This document shows positions 10,015 through 19,324 of a stretch of 64,000 nucleotides of DNA, one piece after another. A model generated the notes under the pieces. That model made no database searches and had not been told where the DNA came from. It saw nothing but the letters and a program-made list of their open reading frames with translations. Numbering within the stretch: the stretch's first letter is position 1; every line of letters begins with the position of its first letter. The position numbers and the translations under genes were made by a program. Origin of the DNA: Bdellovibrionales bacterium (GTDB lineage Bacteria > Bdellovibrionota > Bdellovibrionia > Bdellovibrionales > UBA1609); assembly GCA_965219095.1 (NCBI GenBank), contig CBDCMT010000001.1:2324892-2388891 (forward strand), in the 5' to 3' direction.

Positions 10015-11152
10015 TAGTGCTTCCGTTTAGGTTTTCAGTTTCCTAAGATAGAGAAGTTATCAGTTATCAAAGTTTCTAATTTAGGTCTGTGTTTTCGTAT
10101 TCCTCTAAAAAATTGACTTAAACTTCCCTTGAAATCGTCATAGTTTTCATAATATCGATTCGCCGTGACCTCTTTTTTCATAAACTTCCAAAGCCTTTCT
10201 ATAGGATTTAAATTCGGTGAGTACGGAGGAAGATAAATAAGCTTTACATTCAACTCTTTCGCTAACTTCTTGACAGACTTCGATCTATTGTATCCGGCCC
10301 CATCTAAGATAAGATGAATCTCTTTTTCATCGGGATGCTTCTTAATGAATATGATGGAGCATATCACATAGGAAAACTTCGTTGACTGTCTTATAACTCC
10401 TGACTACCGTCTTCAAACTATTGATCTCAATAGCTCCACAAACATTCACTCTTTTTCTCCAGCCTGAATTGGTCTTCACTTCAAACTTCTTACCCTCTCT
10501 TATCCAACCATATGAAATCGTAGGGCCCCACTCAGGATGTGTGGAATCAGCAAAGTAAACAGGACCGTCTTTCTTCTTAATTCTCTTGTATTTACGCACA
10601 AACTTTTTCTGCTCTTCTCTCTTTGCCTTACCCGGTATCGCTGTGGCTTTTTTATAAGAAAAACTAAGGCGATGGAGAAGATCAATTACACCACTTGTTG
10701 AGTACGTAACACCAAAATTCTCCTCAATGAACTGAATAACGGTCTGTGATGATGGAAAAATTCTTTTCTCTAATTCCTTTAAAAGCATTTTCTCCTCTTT
10801 CTTAGTTAAAAAGGAGCTTTTAGGGTTGTAATTGTCGTTGATTAAGCACTCTATCCCACCTTTGTTATAACGATCTCTACAGGCTCTTATCGTGCCCTCA
10901 TCAATGAAAAGAAAGCAGGCAATATCTTTACACAACTTACCTTTATCTAAATGGAGAATTGTCATAATCCTTTTTGCGTATTTAAGATTTTTCTCTAGAG
11001 ATAGTTCATAGAGTAAATCTTTTCGCTCTTTTTTTGATAGAAACCCTGACATATGAAACTATTTTTAAAAATAAATGACTTTTTATCAAGGCCTTAGAAT
11101 AAAAACTAGACCTCAACTCAAAAAAAAACGGAAAACCTAAGCGGAAGCACTA
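10015..11152 (-). mobile_element. IS630-family element (type 1), full-length copy C (1138 bp)
   Basis: IRs TAGTGCTTCCG...CGGAAGCACTA with TA on both sides. ORFs 10342-11052 and 10035-10367. Confidence 0.95.
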
Positions 11153-11202
11153 TATATGGACATTATATGTGTTAACAAAAACAATCAAAGGAAAGGAATA
11201 CT

Positions 11203-11482
11203 ATGAAAATAAAAATTCTACTTATGGCTATTATTTGCCTTTTTATATTCAAGCAAAGTGCATTTGCTTTATACCATAATGTTTATTTTAAAGCAGGCTG
11301 GCAGGGGAAGATACCAAAAGACATTAAAAAAGAGATTAATGGTATCACTAAAAACATCGAGAATTGTAATCTCCCTACTCCAAACACTTCATACACATGT
11401 CCAATGAATGATCAATACTACATTTATTTTTCGGGCTTCATATGCCCAAAAAAGAAAAACAGAAGTAGAAGTATACGACATA
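11203..11482 (+). pseudogene. Small secreted protein interrupted near its 3' end by IS630
   Basis: Signal peptide MKIKILLMAIICLFIFKQSAFA. Removing the IS rejoins the frame to ...INIRESYLSNEFDTLFTRT* after 13911. Confidence 0.55.
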
Positions 11483-11812
11483 TAGTGCTTCCGTTTAGGT
11501 TTTCAGTTTCCTAAGATAGAGAAGTTATCAGTTATCAAAGTTTCTAATTTAGATCTGTGTTTTCGTATTCCTCTAAAAAATTGACTTAAACTTCCCTTGA
11601 AATCGTCATAGTTTTCATAATATCGATTCGCCGTGACCTCTTTTTTCATAAACTTCCAAAGCCTTTCTATAGGATTTAAATTCGGTGAATACGGAGGAAG
11701 ATAAACAAGTTTTATATTCAACTCTTTCGCTAACTTCTTGACAGACTTCGATCTATTGTATCCGGCCCCATCTAAGATAAGATGAATCTCTTTTTCATCG
11801 GGATGCTTCTTA

Positions 11813-13098
11813 GGAACTGTTAAAAAATAACTTAGACATTTCAGATTTTATATCGTAAGATTTACATGTGCTATCAGAGAAAGATCGTCAATTAAGATTA
11901 AAGCTCACAACGACTTTTCATTTATTAAACGAAAAGCAAAGGAGGATTTTAGCTGCGGCAGAGTCGAAAGCCTATGGTCGTGGTGGCATAAGCAAGGTAT
12001 CAAAGTTTACAGGTTTATGTCGTCAGACTATTTACAGAGGATTAGAAGAGCTTTCTAAAGGAGTTAAAGATTCAAAGATTCGTTCAAAAGGAGGGGGAAG
12101 GAAGAAGAAGACTGCAGAGTATCCAGAGTTAGTTTCCGTTCTTGAAAGTTTAATGGAGTCTAGCACAAGAGGGGATCCTGAGAGTCCGCTAAAGTGGAGC
12201 AGTAAAAGTGTAAGAAATCTTAGTGAGGCCTTAAATTCACAAGGTTATAATATAAGCCCTCCCACTGTTGCAAGCATTTTACACGAACTGGATTACAGCT
12301 TGCAGGCCAATAGAAAGGTTTTGGAAGGAAAAAAAGCTCATGCAGATAGAAATGAACAATTTGAGTTCATTAATAACAAGGTAAAGAGTTTTTTAAGAAG
12401 AGGGCTACCTGTTATTTCTGTAGATACAAAGAAGAAGGAGATTCTTGGAAATTATGTTAGTAAGGGGAAGGAATGGTCAAAAAAGAAAAATCCCATAGAA
12501 GTTTTAAGCCATGATTTCCCAGATCCAGAAGTTCCAAGAGTGATACCTTACGGTGTTTATGATTTGTCTTTAAATGCAGGATGGGTCAATGTAGGGGTAA
12601 GTGCTGATATAGCAGAATTTGCTGTTTCAAGCATTAAAAAGTGGTGGAGGTATATGGGAAAAAAATCTTATCCTAATGCTGCACAAATTTTAATTTGTGC
12701 AGACAGTGAGGGAAGTAATGGATATCGTCTTCATCTATGGAAGTATGAGTTACAGAAATGGTGTGATGTAGTAGGATTAAAAGTTCATGTTTGTCACTTT
12801 CCTCCTGGAACAAGCAAATGGAATAAAATTGAACATCGTCTTTTTTCGTATATTTCAAAAAATTGGAGAGGACGTCCTTTGATTAATTATATGACTGTAG
12901 TCAATTTAATATCTAAGACGAAAACAAAATTAGGCCTAAAAGTCAAAGCTTGTTTAGATAGAAGGAAATACAAGAAAGGAAAAACAGTGTCTAAAAAAGA
13001 GATGGAATCTATAAAAATTAAGAAAGAAGTATTTCATGGCGAGTGGAATTATAAAATACTACCACACTAAAATGTCTAAGTTATTTTTTAACAGTTCC
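11813..13098 (+). mobile_element. ISAzo13-family element, complete
   Basis: Perfect 29-bp IR GGAACTGTTAAAAAATAACTTAGACATTT and 3-bp TSD TTA (11810-12 / 13099-101). Confidence 0.95.
11868..13070 (+). CDS. ISAzo13-family transposase
   Basis: RGDPESPLKW, ISVDTKKKE, HFPPGTSKWNKIEHRLFS motifs. Confidence 0.93.
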   Translation: MLSEKDRQLRLKLTTTFHLLNEKQRRILAAAESKAYGRGGISKVSKFTGLCRQTIYRGLEELSKGVKDSKIRSKGGGRKKKTAEYPELVSVLESLMESSTRGDPESPLKWSSKSVRNLSEALNSQGYNISPPTVASILHELDYSLQANRKVLEGKKAHADRNEQFEFINNKVKSFLRRGLPVISVDTKKKEILGNYVSKGKEWSKKKNPIEVLSHDFPDPEVPRVIPYGVYDLSLNAGWVNVGVSADIAEFAVSSIKKWWRYMGKKSYPNAAQILICADSEGSNGYRLHLWKYELQKWCDVVGLKVHVCHFPPGTSKWNKIEHRLFSYISKNWRGRPLINYMTVVNLISKTKTKLGLKVKACLDRRKYKKGKTVSKKEMESIKIKKEVFHGEWNYKILPH

Positions 13099-14155
13099 TT
13101 AATGAATATGATGGAGCATATCACATAGGAAAACTTCGTTGACTGTCTTATAACTCCTGACTACCGTCTTCAAACTATTGATCTCAATAGCTCCACAAAC
13201 ATTCACTCTTTTTCTCCAGCCTGAATTGGTCTTCACTTCAAACTTCTTACCCTCTCTTATCCAACCATATGAAATCGTAGGGCCCCACTCAGGATGTGTG
13301 GAATCAGCAAAGTAAACAGGACCGTCTTTCTTCTTAATTCTCTTGTATTTACGCACAAACTTTTTCTGCTCTTCTCTCTTTGCCTTACCCGGTATCGCTG
13401 TGGCTTTTTTATAAGAAAAACCAAGGCGATGGAGAAGATCAATTACACCACTTGTTGAGTACGTAACACCAAAATTCTCCTCAATGAACTGAATAACGGT
13501 CTGTGATGATGGAAAAATTCTTTTCTCTAATTCCTTTAAAAGCATTTTCTCCTCTTTCTTAGTTAAAAAGGACCTTTTAGGGTTGTAATTGTCGTTGATT
13601 AAGCACTCTATCCCACCTTTGTTATAACGATCTCTACAGGCTCTTATCGTGCCCTCATCAATGAAAAGAAAGCAGGCAATATCTTTACACAACTTACCTT
13701 TATCTAAATGGAGAATTGTCATAATCCTTTTTACGTATTTAAAATTTTTCTCTAGAGATAGTTCATAGAGTAAATCTTTTCGCTCTTTTTTTGATAGAAA
13801 CCCTGACATATGAAACTATTTTTAAAAATAAATGACTTTTTATCAAGGCCTTAGAATAAAAACTAGACCTCAACTCAAAAAAAAACGGAAAACCTAAGCG
13901 GAAGCACTATATAAACATTAGAGAATCATATCTTTCCAATGAATTTGATACACTCTTTACCCGTACTTAAAAGTTATAAATTTCTAGAAGTAAAAATCCA
14001 AACTTATACATGAAAATATAGAATTAACTTTTGGAATTGGTATAGCTCTAAGCATTTCACTTTTATTCTTTTTAATATAAAAATAATTTAATAAAATGAC
14101 CTGGATTAAAGGCTTGAAAATTGTGAAAAAATTTACTGGTCAGAACACTAGATTA

Positions 14156-14734
14156 CCCAAATTCCACGCTAAAAATGATCACTACATTGCTCTAACATAG
14201 GATAAGTTCCATAAGACAGAAATTTTCCAGTAAAAATGGGGTTATTGCCCTTTTTTTCTGTGAAAAGCTCTTGCCATTCTATTTTTAAGTAGTTACCATA
14301 ATGGTAACTACTATGAGTTTTATAAAGAAGATTAAAAGAGGAGGCAGCACTTATTTAGCAGAGGTGAGAAATATCCGAGTCAAGGGCAAGGTCGTACATC
14401 AGAATTTTAAAAGGAGTTACAAATTTAAATCCTGTACGACACTGGCTTTGCAACAGAGTAGTGGCTCATTTTTTTATTTGTTATTTATCTTATCTTCTGC
14501 TTTCCGTATTAAAGTTACATCTCTACAATTTGGATTTGGATATTTCGCCCATTCAAGCATTAAAAGAGCTAGAAAACCTGTACAAAGTTTATTTTTCTGA
14601 TAAAAAGAAAAAAGTTCAAATGTCTCGGACAGTTGCTCTAAGCAAAATTCAAGAAAATATCATAAAGGCTATTGACAAAAAGCTTCTCAGAGAAATGAAA
14701 ACCAGTAGTGATCATTTTTAGCGTGGAATTTGGG
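14156..14734 (+). mobile_element. Internally deleted IS1634-like element (MITE-like, 579 bp)
   Basis: IR CCCAAATTCCACGCTAAAAATGATCACTAC at both ends and flanking direct repeat TAGATTA. Transposase 5' and 3' ends are fused. Confidence 0.92.
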
Positions 14735-14801
14735 TAGATTAAAAACCCTTGTTCAAGTTGAAAAAGGTTGGACTGTGCTGAAAAAGAAAAAAGATTTAAT
14801 T

Positions 14802-16799
14802 CTATAGAAGAGGGGCTAATATAAGAGCTACAATGGACATCACTTTAATCAGTATATTCATGGAAGGCCCTGTTGTGTCTTTAAAAGGATCTCCCACTGT
14901 ATCTCCAATTACAGCAGCTGCATGAGTGTCACTCCCTTTTGTCTCTCCTTCAATGTCACCCTTTTCAATGTATTTTTTAGCGTTATCCCAAGCTCCTCCA
15001 GAGTTACTCATAAAAAGAGCGAAAACAATTCCTACTAACAAAGAACCAGCTAACATACCTCCTAGAGCTTGGGCTCCTAAAAGAAGACCAACACAAACAG
15101 GAGAGGTGACTGCAATCATGCCTGGTAAGATCATTTCCTTTAAGGCGGCGTTTGTAGAAATAGAAACACAACGAGTAGTATCAGGTTTTCCTTCACCTTT
15201 GAGAAGGCCGGGGATTTCACGAAATTGTCTTCTGATCTCATCAACCATATGTGAAGCTGCTTTTCCCACAGAACTCATAGTTAAAGAGGCCACTATAAGA
15301 ACTATCATAGCCCCTAGTAGAAGTCCCATAACAACAGAAGGATTGGTTATATCCATGACAAGTTCCTGGGGCAATTGCTCTTTAAAGGATACAAAAAGTG
15401 CTAAAGCTGTAAGAGCTGCAGAACCAATGGCAAATCCTTTTCCGATTGCAGCTGTAGTGTTTCCTACAGCATCTAAATTGTCAGTGATTTGACGTACTTC
15501 AGGTTTTAATTTCGCCATTTGGGCAATGCCTCCGGCATTATCTGCAATAGGACCATAAGCATCAATAGTCATAGTGATTCCTACAGTAGCCAACATACCT
15601 ACAGCAGCCATAGCAATTCCATAAAGGCCTGCAAAATGATGGGAAGTAAAGATGGAGAGTACAATTATCAAAAGGGGAATGGCACAAGACTCTAAACCTA
15701 CAGCGACTCCTGATATGATATTTGTAGCAGGTCCTGTCTTAGAAGCATAAATAATTTTATAAACAGGTTTTGAAGCCGTATAAAATTCCGTAACTTTTCC
15801 AATTAAAATACCGCAAAGAGAGCCTGCTAAAACAGCCCAGAAAACATGAGTGGATATTTCAAGAGTTTGAAGTAAGAAAAAAGAAGCAACTAAAAATAAA
15901 ATTCCTGAGACATACTCAGAACCATTGAGAGCTTTTGAAGGGTTAAGGTTTTTGAAAAGATTCATGCCTAAAATACCTAGAATAGAGGCAAATAAACCTA
16001 AAACACAGATCAATAAAGGAAGGATCAGAAGATCGGAGCGGTTTCCTGATAAAGAAAGATCGTAAACAGCTTCAAGTCCCATGGTGGCTGCTATGGTTAG
16101 GGTAGCTACTGTAGCACCTACGTAGGATTCAAAGATGTCTGCTCCCATACCTGCTACATCTCCCACATTGTCTCCTACATTGTCAGCAATCACACCAGGA
16201 TTTCTAGGGTCGTCCTCAGGAATACCTGCTTCTACTTTTCCTGCCAAATCAGAGCCCACATCAGCAGCTTTTGTAAAAATACCCCCTCCAATGCGAGCAA
16301 ATAAAGCAATAGAAGAAGCTCCCATAGAAAAGCCCGCAATCACTGCAATAGAATCTTGGTAAAAATAAAACAAAACTCCTAGCCCTATTAATCCTAAACT
16401 TGCTACTGAGAGTCCCATCACTGCACCACCATTAAAGGCAATAAGTAAGGCTTCAGATAGACCTTTAAAGTTAGCAGCATTAGCAGAACGAACGTTACTT
16501 TTTGTAGCAGCCTTCATCCCAATAAAACCAGCAAGAGCTGATGTAAGAGCCCCTGTTATAAAAGCTACAGAATGGTTGATTCCAAATTGCCAGTACATAA
16601 GACAGGCTACAAAGATCACAAAGATTGAAAGTTTAGAGTACTGAGCTTTTAAAAAAGCCATGGCTCCAAGATGAATTTGCGAAGCTATAAACTTCATGTT
16701 GTCATCCCCTTGGTCTTGTTTGATGACTATAATGTAAAGAACAAGAGCCATAATAAGACCAAGGACTCCAACAGCCGGGATGCTAAGATATGAAAACAT
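14802..16799 (-). CDS. hppA: Membrane-bound K+-dependent (probably Na+-translocating) pyrophosphatase
   Basis: [66 protein letters not shown]. Confidence 0.97.
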   Translation of the reverse strand: MFSYLSIPAVGVLGLIMALVLYIIVIKQDQGDDNMKFIASQIHLGAMAFLKAQYSKLSIFVIFVACLMYWQFGINHSVAFITGALTSALAGFIGMKAATKSNVRSANAANFKGLSEALLIAFNGGAVMGLSVASLGLIGLGVLFYFYQDSIAVIAGFSMGASSIALFARIGGGIFTKAADVGSDLAGKVEAGIPEDDPRNPGVIADNVGDNVGDVAGMGADIFESYVGATVATLTIAATMGLEAVYDLSLSGNRSDLLILPLLICVLGLFASILGILGMNLFKNLNPSKALNGSEYVSGILFLVASFFLLQTLEISTHVFWAVLAGSLCGILIGKVTEFYTASKPVYKIIYASKTGPATNIISGVAVGLESCAIPLLIIVLSIFTSHHFAGLYGIAMAAVGMLATVGITMTIDAYGPIADNAGGIAQMAKLKPEVRQITDNLDAVGNTTAAIGKGFAIGSAALTALALFVSFKEQLPQELVMDITNPSVVMGLLLGAMIVLIVASLTMSSVGKAASHMVDEIRRQFREIPGLLKGEGKPDTTRCVSISTNAALKEMILPGMIAVTSPVCVGLLLGAQALGGMLAGSLLVGIVFALFMSNSGGAWDNAKKYIEKGDIEGETKGSDTHAAAVIGDTVGDPFKDTTGPSMNILIKVMSIVALILAPLL

Positions 16800-16800
16800 T

Positions 16801-17052
16801 TTACTTCCTTTCCTTTTGTTGTTGTAAAAATTCTTTTAAAATCTTTTTGTTAAAATGAGTGGCATATAATGAGGGGTGGATAGGGAGTAGTTGTTTTTGT
16901 ACCTTTAACTGTTCTAACTGTTTTTGTTTTTTAACTTCTTCTATAGAATCTATATGGGGAAGGAGTATTTCAAAATTCTTTTGAATGATGTCTGCAAAAA
17001 CTAAATAAGCAGTAAAGAAACTGAGGAAAGCTATACGTTTTAGAAAACCCAT
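16801..17052 (-). CDS. Hypothetical protein
   Basis: 83-aa ORF tightly packed in the operon, with an N-terminal hydrophobic stretch. Confidence 0.55.
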   Translation of the reverse strand: MGFLKRIAFLSFFTAYLVFADIIQKNFEILLPHIDSIEEVKKQKQLEQLKVQKQLLPIHPSLYATHFNKKILKEFLQQQKERK

Positions 17053-17065
17053 AATTTCTTTTAAC

Positions 17066-17920
17066 CTAATCTTGAAAAAGCTTCAATGGAATTTGACGAT
17101 TTTTCTCTATGGGCAGGCGTTTTCTTATCTCATTGACTGTTTGCTTCTTGAGATCTGAGATTAATAAATCAGAAGTGTTAGGTGAGCCTTCCTCTATAAC
17201 CTCACCCCAAGGATCAACAATGAGGCTATGGCCGAAGCATTGTTTTTTCCCTCCTTTGATTCCTTTAAGGAGGCCTGCTTGGTTACAGGCTAAGGCAAAG
17301 GATTGAAACTCCATAGCTCTTGCTTTTATAAGAGTGTGCCAGTGTGAAAGCCCTGTGAAATGTAAAAAAGCACTAGGTATGAGAAAGGCATCAACTCCTT
17401 GAGTTCTGTAGAAATAAAATAGCTCAAAAAACCTCACATCATAGCAAATAGAAAGGCCGAATTTCCAACCTTTGTAGATTTTGACATAGGGGTTTGTTCC
17501 TGCTTCATAGGTTTGACTTTCTCTGACTTGATGACCTGATACATAAAAGTCGAACAAGTGTATTTTCCGGTAAATCACTTCAATACCTTGAGAGTCTATC
17601 CAGATCGAGGCATTAAAGATTTTTCCATCAGAGTCTTTCAAAGGGCTACCGCCTACATGAAAGGCGAAGTCATACTGGGTGGCTATTGATTTTAATTCCT
17701 TAAAATAAGGCGAGTGTATGTAGAGAGGTTCAAAATGTTTGTGGATTTTATAAAATAGAGCGTTCTCTGGAAGAGAAACTAGGTCTAGTTTTTCAGGACT
17801 CTTGATGGTTTCAAAAATTTTGATAATTTGTCTAAAGTTTTTTTCTGTATCATCAACAGACTGCAGTTGGAAAAGGGCTACTTTTAAATTATCTTTTAGA
17901 ATATTTGAAGTATTTTTCAT
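17066..17920 (-). CDS. Carbon-nitrogen hydrolase (Nit1 / deaminated glutathione amidase-like)
   Basis: LPEN (Glu), YRKIHLF (Lys), ICYDVRF (Cys) triad. HWHTLIKARA.E and FGHSLIVDPWG. Confidence 0.92.
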   Translation of the reverse strand: MKNTSNILKDNLKVALFQLQSVDDTEKNFRQIIKIFETIKSPEKLDLVSLPENALFYKIHKHFEPLYIHSPYFKELKSIATQYDFAFHVGGSPLKDSDGKIFNASIWIDSQGIEVIYRKIHLFDFYVSGHQVRESQTYEAGTNPYVKIYKGWKFGLSICYDVRFFELFYFYRTQGVDAFLIPSAFLHFTGLSHWHTLIKARAMEFQSFALACNQAGLLKGIKGGKKQCFGHSLIVDPWGEVIEEGSPNTSDLLISDLKKQTVNEIRKRLPIEKNRQIPLKLFQD

Positions 17921-17931
17921 AGAAGAAAAGC

Positions 17932-18258
17932 TTAAGTAGTAATTTCAATCTTACCTTTAATGTCTTTACATTCCCATTTGTTTTTTTCTAAATTTGTTTG
18001 TGTTTTTGCTAAAATTTTTTGACAAGAAAGAGGCCATTTACATTTTCCTATGAAGTGTGAAATTCCTTTTTTTGTATAAATGACTTTATAAAAAAACTCT
18101 TGAGTTTTTTGTTTTATTTTGGGGATTTTGTGAAGGCTGATAGTCCTAATCTCACTTTGCTTTTCACATTCTACAAATTTTAAAAAGAATTTTTCAATTT
18201 GAGATACTGAATTGATTGAGTAAAAAAGTGAAGCGAGAAAAAAGCATGTCTGTATCAT
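17932..18258 (-). CDS. Hypothetical protein, possibly exported
   Basis: 108-aa ORF filling the gap in the operon. Confidence 0.5.
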   Translation of the reverse strand: MIQTCFFLASLFYSINSVSQIEKFFLKFVECEKQSEIRTISLHKIPKIKQKTQEFFYKVIYTKKGISHFIGKCKWPLSCQKILAKTQTNLEKNKWECKDIKGKIEITT

Positions 18259-18261
18259 TTT

Positions 18262-18522
18262 TTAGCTTTCCTTCTTTGTTGATGATTCCTTTTGTGCTTT
18301 CTTTATTAAAGCTACATTTGAGTAGTCAATAAAGCCTTCTTTCTTGAAAATTTGACTTTTCTCTTTATCAAAATGTGTCTGAAGGTGGACTCCTCTTACT
18401 TTCACTTTAAAAGGTGGGTTTTTACGTATTTGAATGACCTCTGCTGTAATTCCTTTATCATTTCCTGCAATGATTTTTACAGTATCCCCAACACGGATTT
18501 TTATTTTTTTTGCCATAATCAA
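18262..18522 (-). CDS. rplX: 50S ribosomal protein L24 (short)
   Basis: KOW motif KIRVGDTVKIIAGNDKG and C-terminal KEGFIDYSNV. Confidence 0.85.
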   Translation of the reverse strand: MIMAKKIKIRVGDTVKIIAGNDKGITAEVIQIRKNPPFKVKVRGVHLQTHFDKEKSQIFKKEGFIDYSNVALIKKAQKESSTKKES

Positions 18523-18812
18523 CCTTTCTTTACTTTATTTAATTTTTTTATGATGGTTTGTTTGATTTTCAAAGCTTTTTTTGAAAGTTTTGTGCTATCT
18601 TGTTTGAGTAAAAAAGCATCTAAGCCCCCCTGTTTTTCAAGAGTGCGAAGTGTTCTTGTTGAAATTTTTAAAGGAAATGATTTTTTAAGACTTTCGCTTA
18701 TAAGAGTTTTTTTTTGAATGTTTAGAAAGGCTCTAGAGCGAGTACGTATCTTCGAATGGCTTACTTTATTTTTTGAAACAGGTGTTTTCCCTGTGAGTTC
18801 GCAACCTGGCAT
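18519..18812 (-). CDS. rpmB: 50S ribosomal protein L28
   Basis: CELTGK...NKVSHS.IRT.R.F..NIQ...ISTRTLRTLEKQGGLD. SD GAGGAG. Confidence 0.93.
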   Translation of the reverse strand: MPGCELTGKTPVSKNKVSHSKIRTRSRAFLNIQKKTLISESLKKSFPLKISTRTLRTLEKQGGLDAFLLKQDSTKLSKKALKIKQTIIKKLNKVKKG

Positions 18813-18936
18813 GTTCAATGACTCCTCTCAAAAGCTCTATCCCATCTTATACAGGAAAATTAAGTCTTTTGGCAAGTTTTTCTTGACTTGTGAAAGAGTT
18901 TTTTAGTAAAGATATGCTGTAGGAGGTGTTTTTCCG

Positions 18937-19182
18937 TTGAAAGCAAAAAAAGAGGGTGTAGTTTTTGACTACAAAGAGCCTGTTATTCTCAGTCGTTATT
19001 TGGATCTTGGTAGAATTCTTCCTGCTCGACTAAGTAAATTAACTCATAAGCAGCAAAGAAAGTTGTCTTCAGCGATTAAAAAAGCTCGTAATTTAGCACT
19101 TCTTCCTAATGGGATGCAGGTGGCTAGTGATTTTGGCCGTAGAGCTAAGCCTATTTCCCCTGTTCCTTTTGAATTTGAGTAA
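18937..19182 (+). CDS. rpsR: 30S ribosomal protein S18
   Basis: FDYK....L.RY...GRILPAR...L..KQQR.L..AIKKAR.LALLP. TTG start with AGGAGG SD. Confidence 0.93.
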   Translation: MKAKKEGVVFDYKEPVILSRYLDLGRILPARLSKLTHKQQRKLSSAIKKARNLALLPNGMQVASDFGRRAKPISPVPFEFE

Positions 19183-19194
19183 AGGTAAAAAAAC

Positions 19195-19314
19195 TGCGAT
19201 AGTTGTTGACTTAATCTGAAACGTCTCGGAATGTCAAAGAGATGAAAAAAGGTTACCCTTTCTGGGTTAATAAAAAACTGTCTGTCAGCTTGCGTCCTGT
19301 TCAATCATCTTTTG
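19195..19314 (+). mobile_element. Degenerate IS481 scar (left end fused to right-end interior)
   Basis: Matches both termini of 44172-45385, joined at the shared GTTACCCTT. Confidence 0.8.
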
Positions 19315-19324
19315 AGAATTAAAT

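Larger units (their letters stand above)
11483..13909 (-). mobile_element. IS630-family element (type 1), copy D, interrupted by ISAzo13
   Basis: Both IRs present. Length minus the 1289-bp insert equals 1138 bp, the same as copy C. Confidence 0.95.

Noticed and set aside
14926-16362. Antisense ORFs of 188 and 75 aa
   Set aside because: Shadow frames opposite hppA. The same applies to 27575-28378 (ftsH), 29928-30227, 40368-40595, 48896-49306 and similar ORFs.
18813-18936. Zur box between rpmB and rpsR
   Set aside because: No convincing Fur/Zur-type palindrome is visible.
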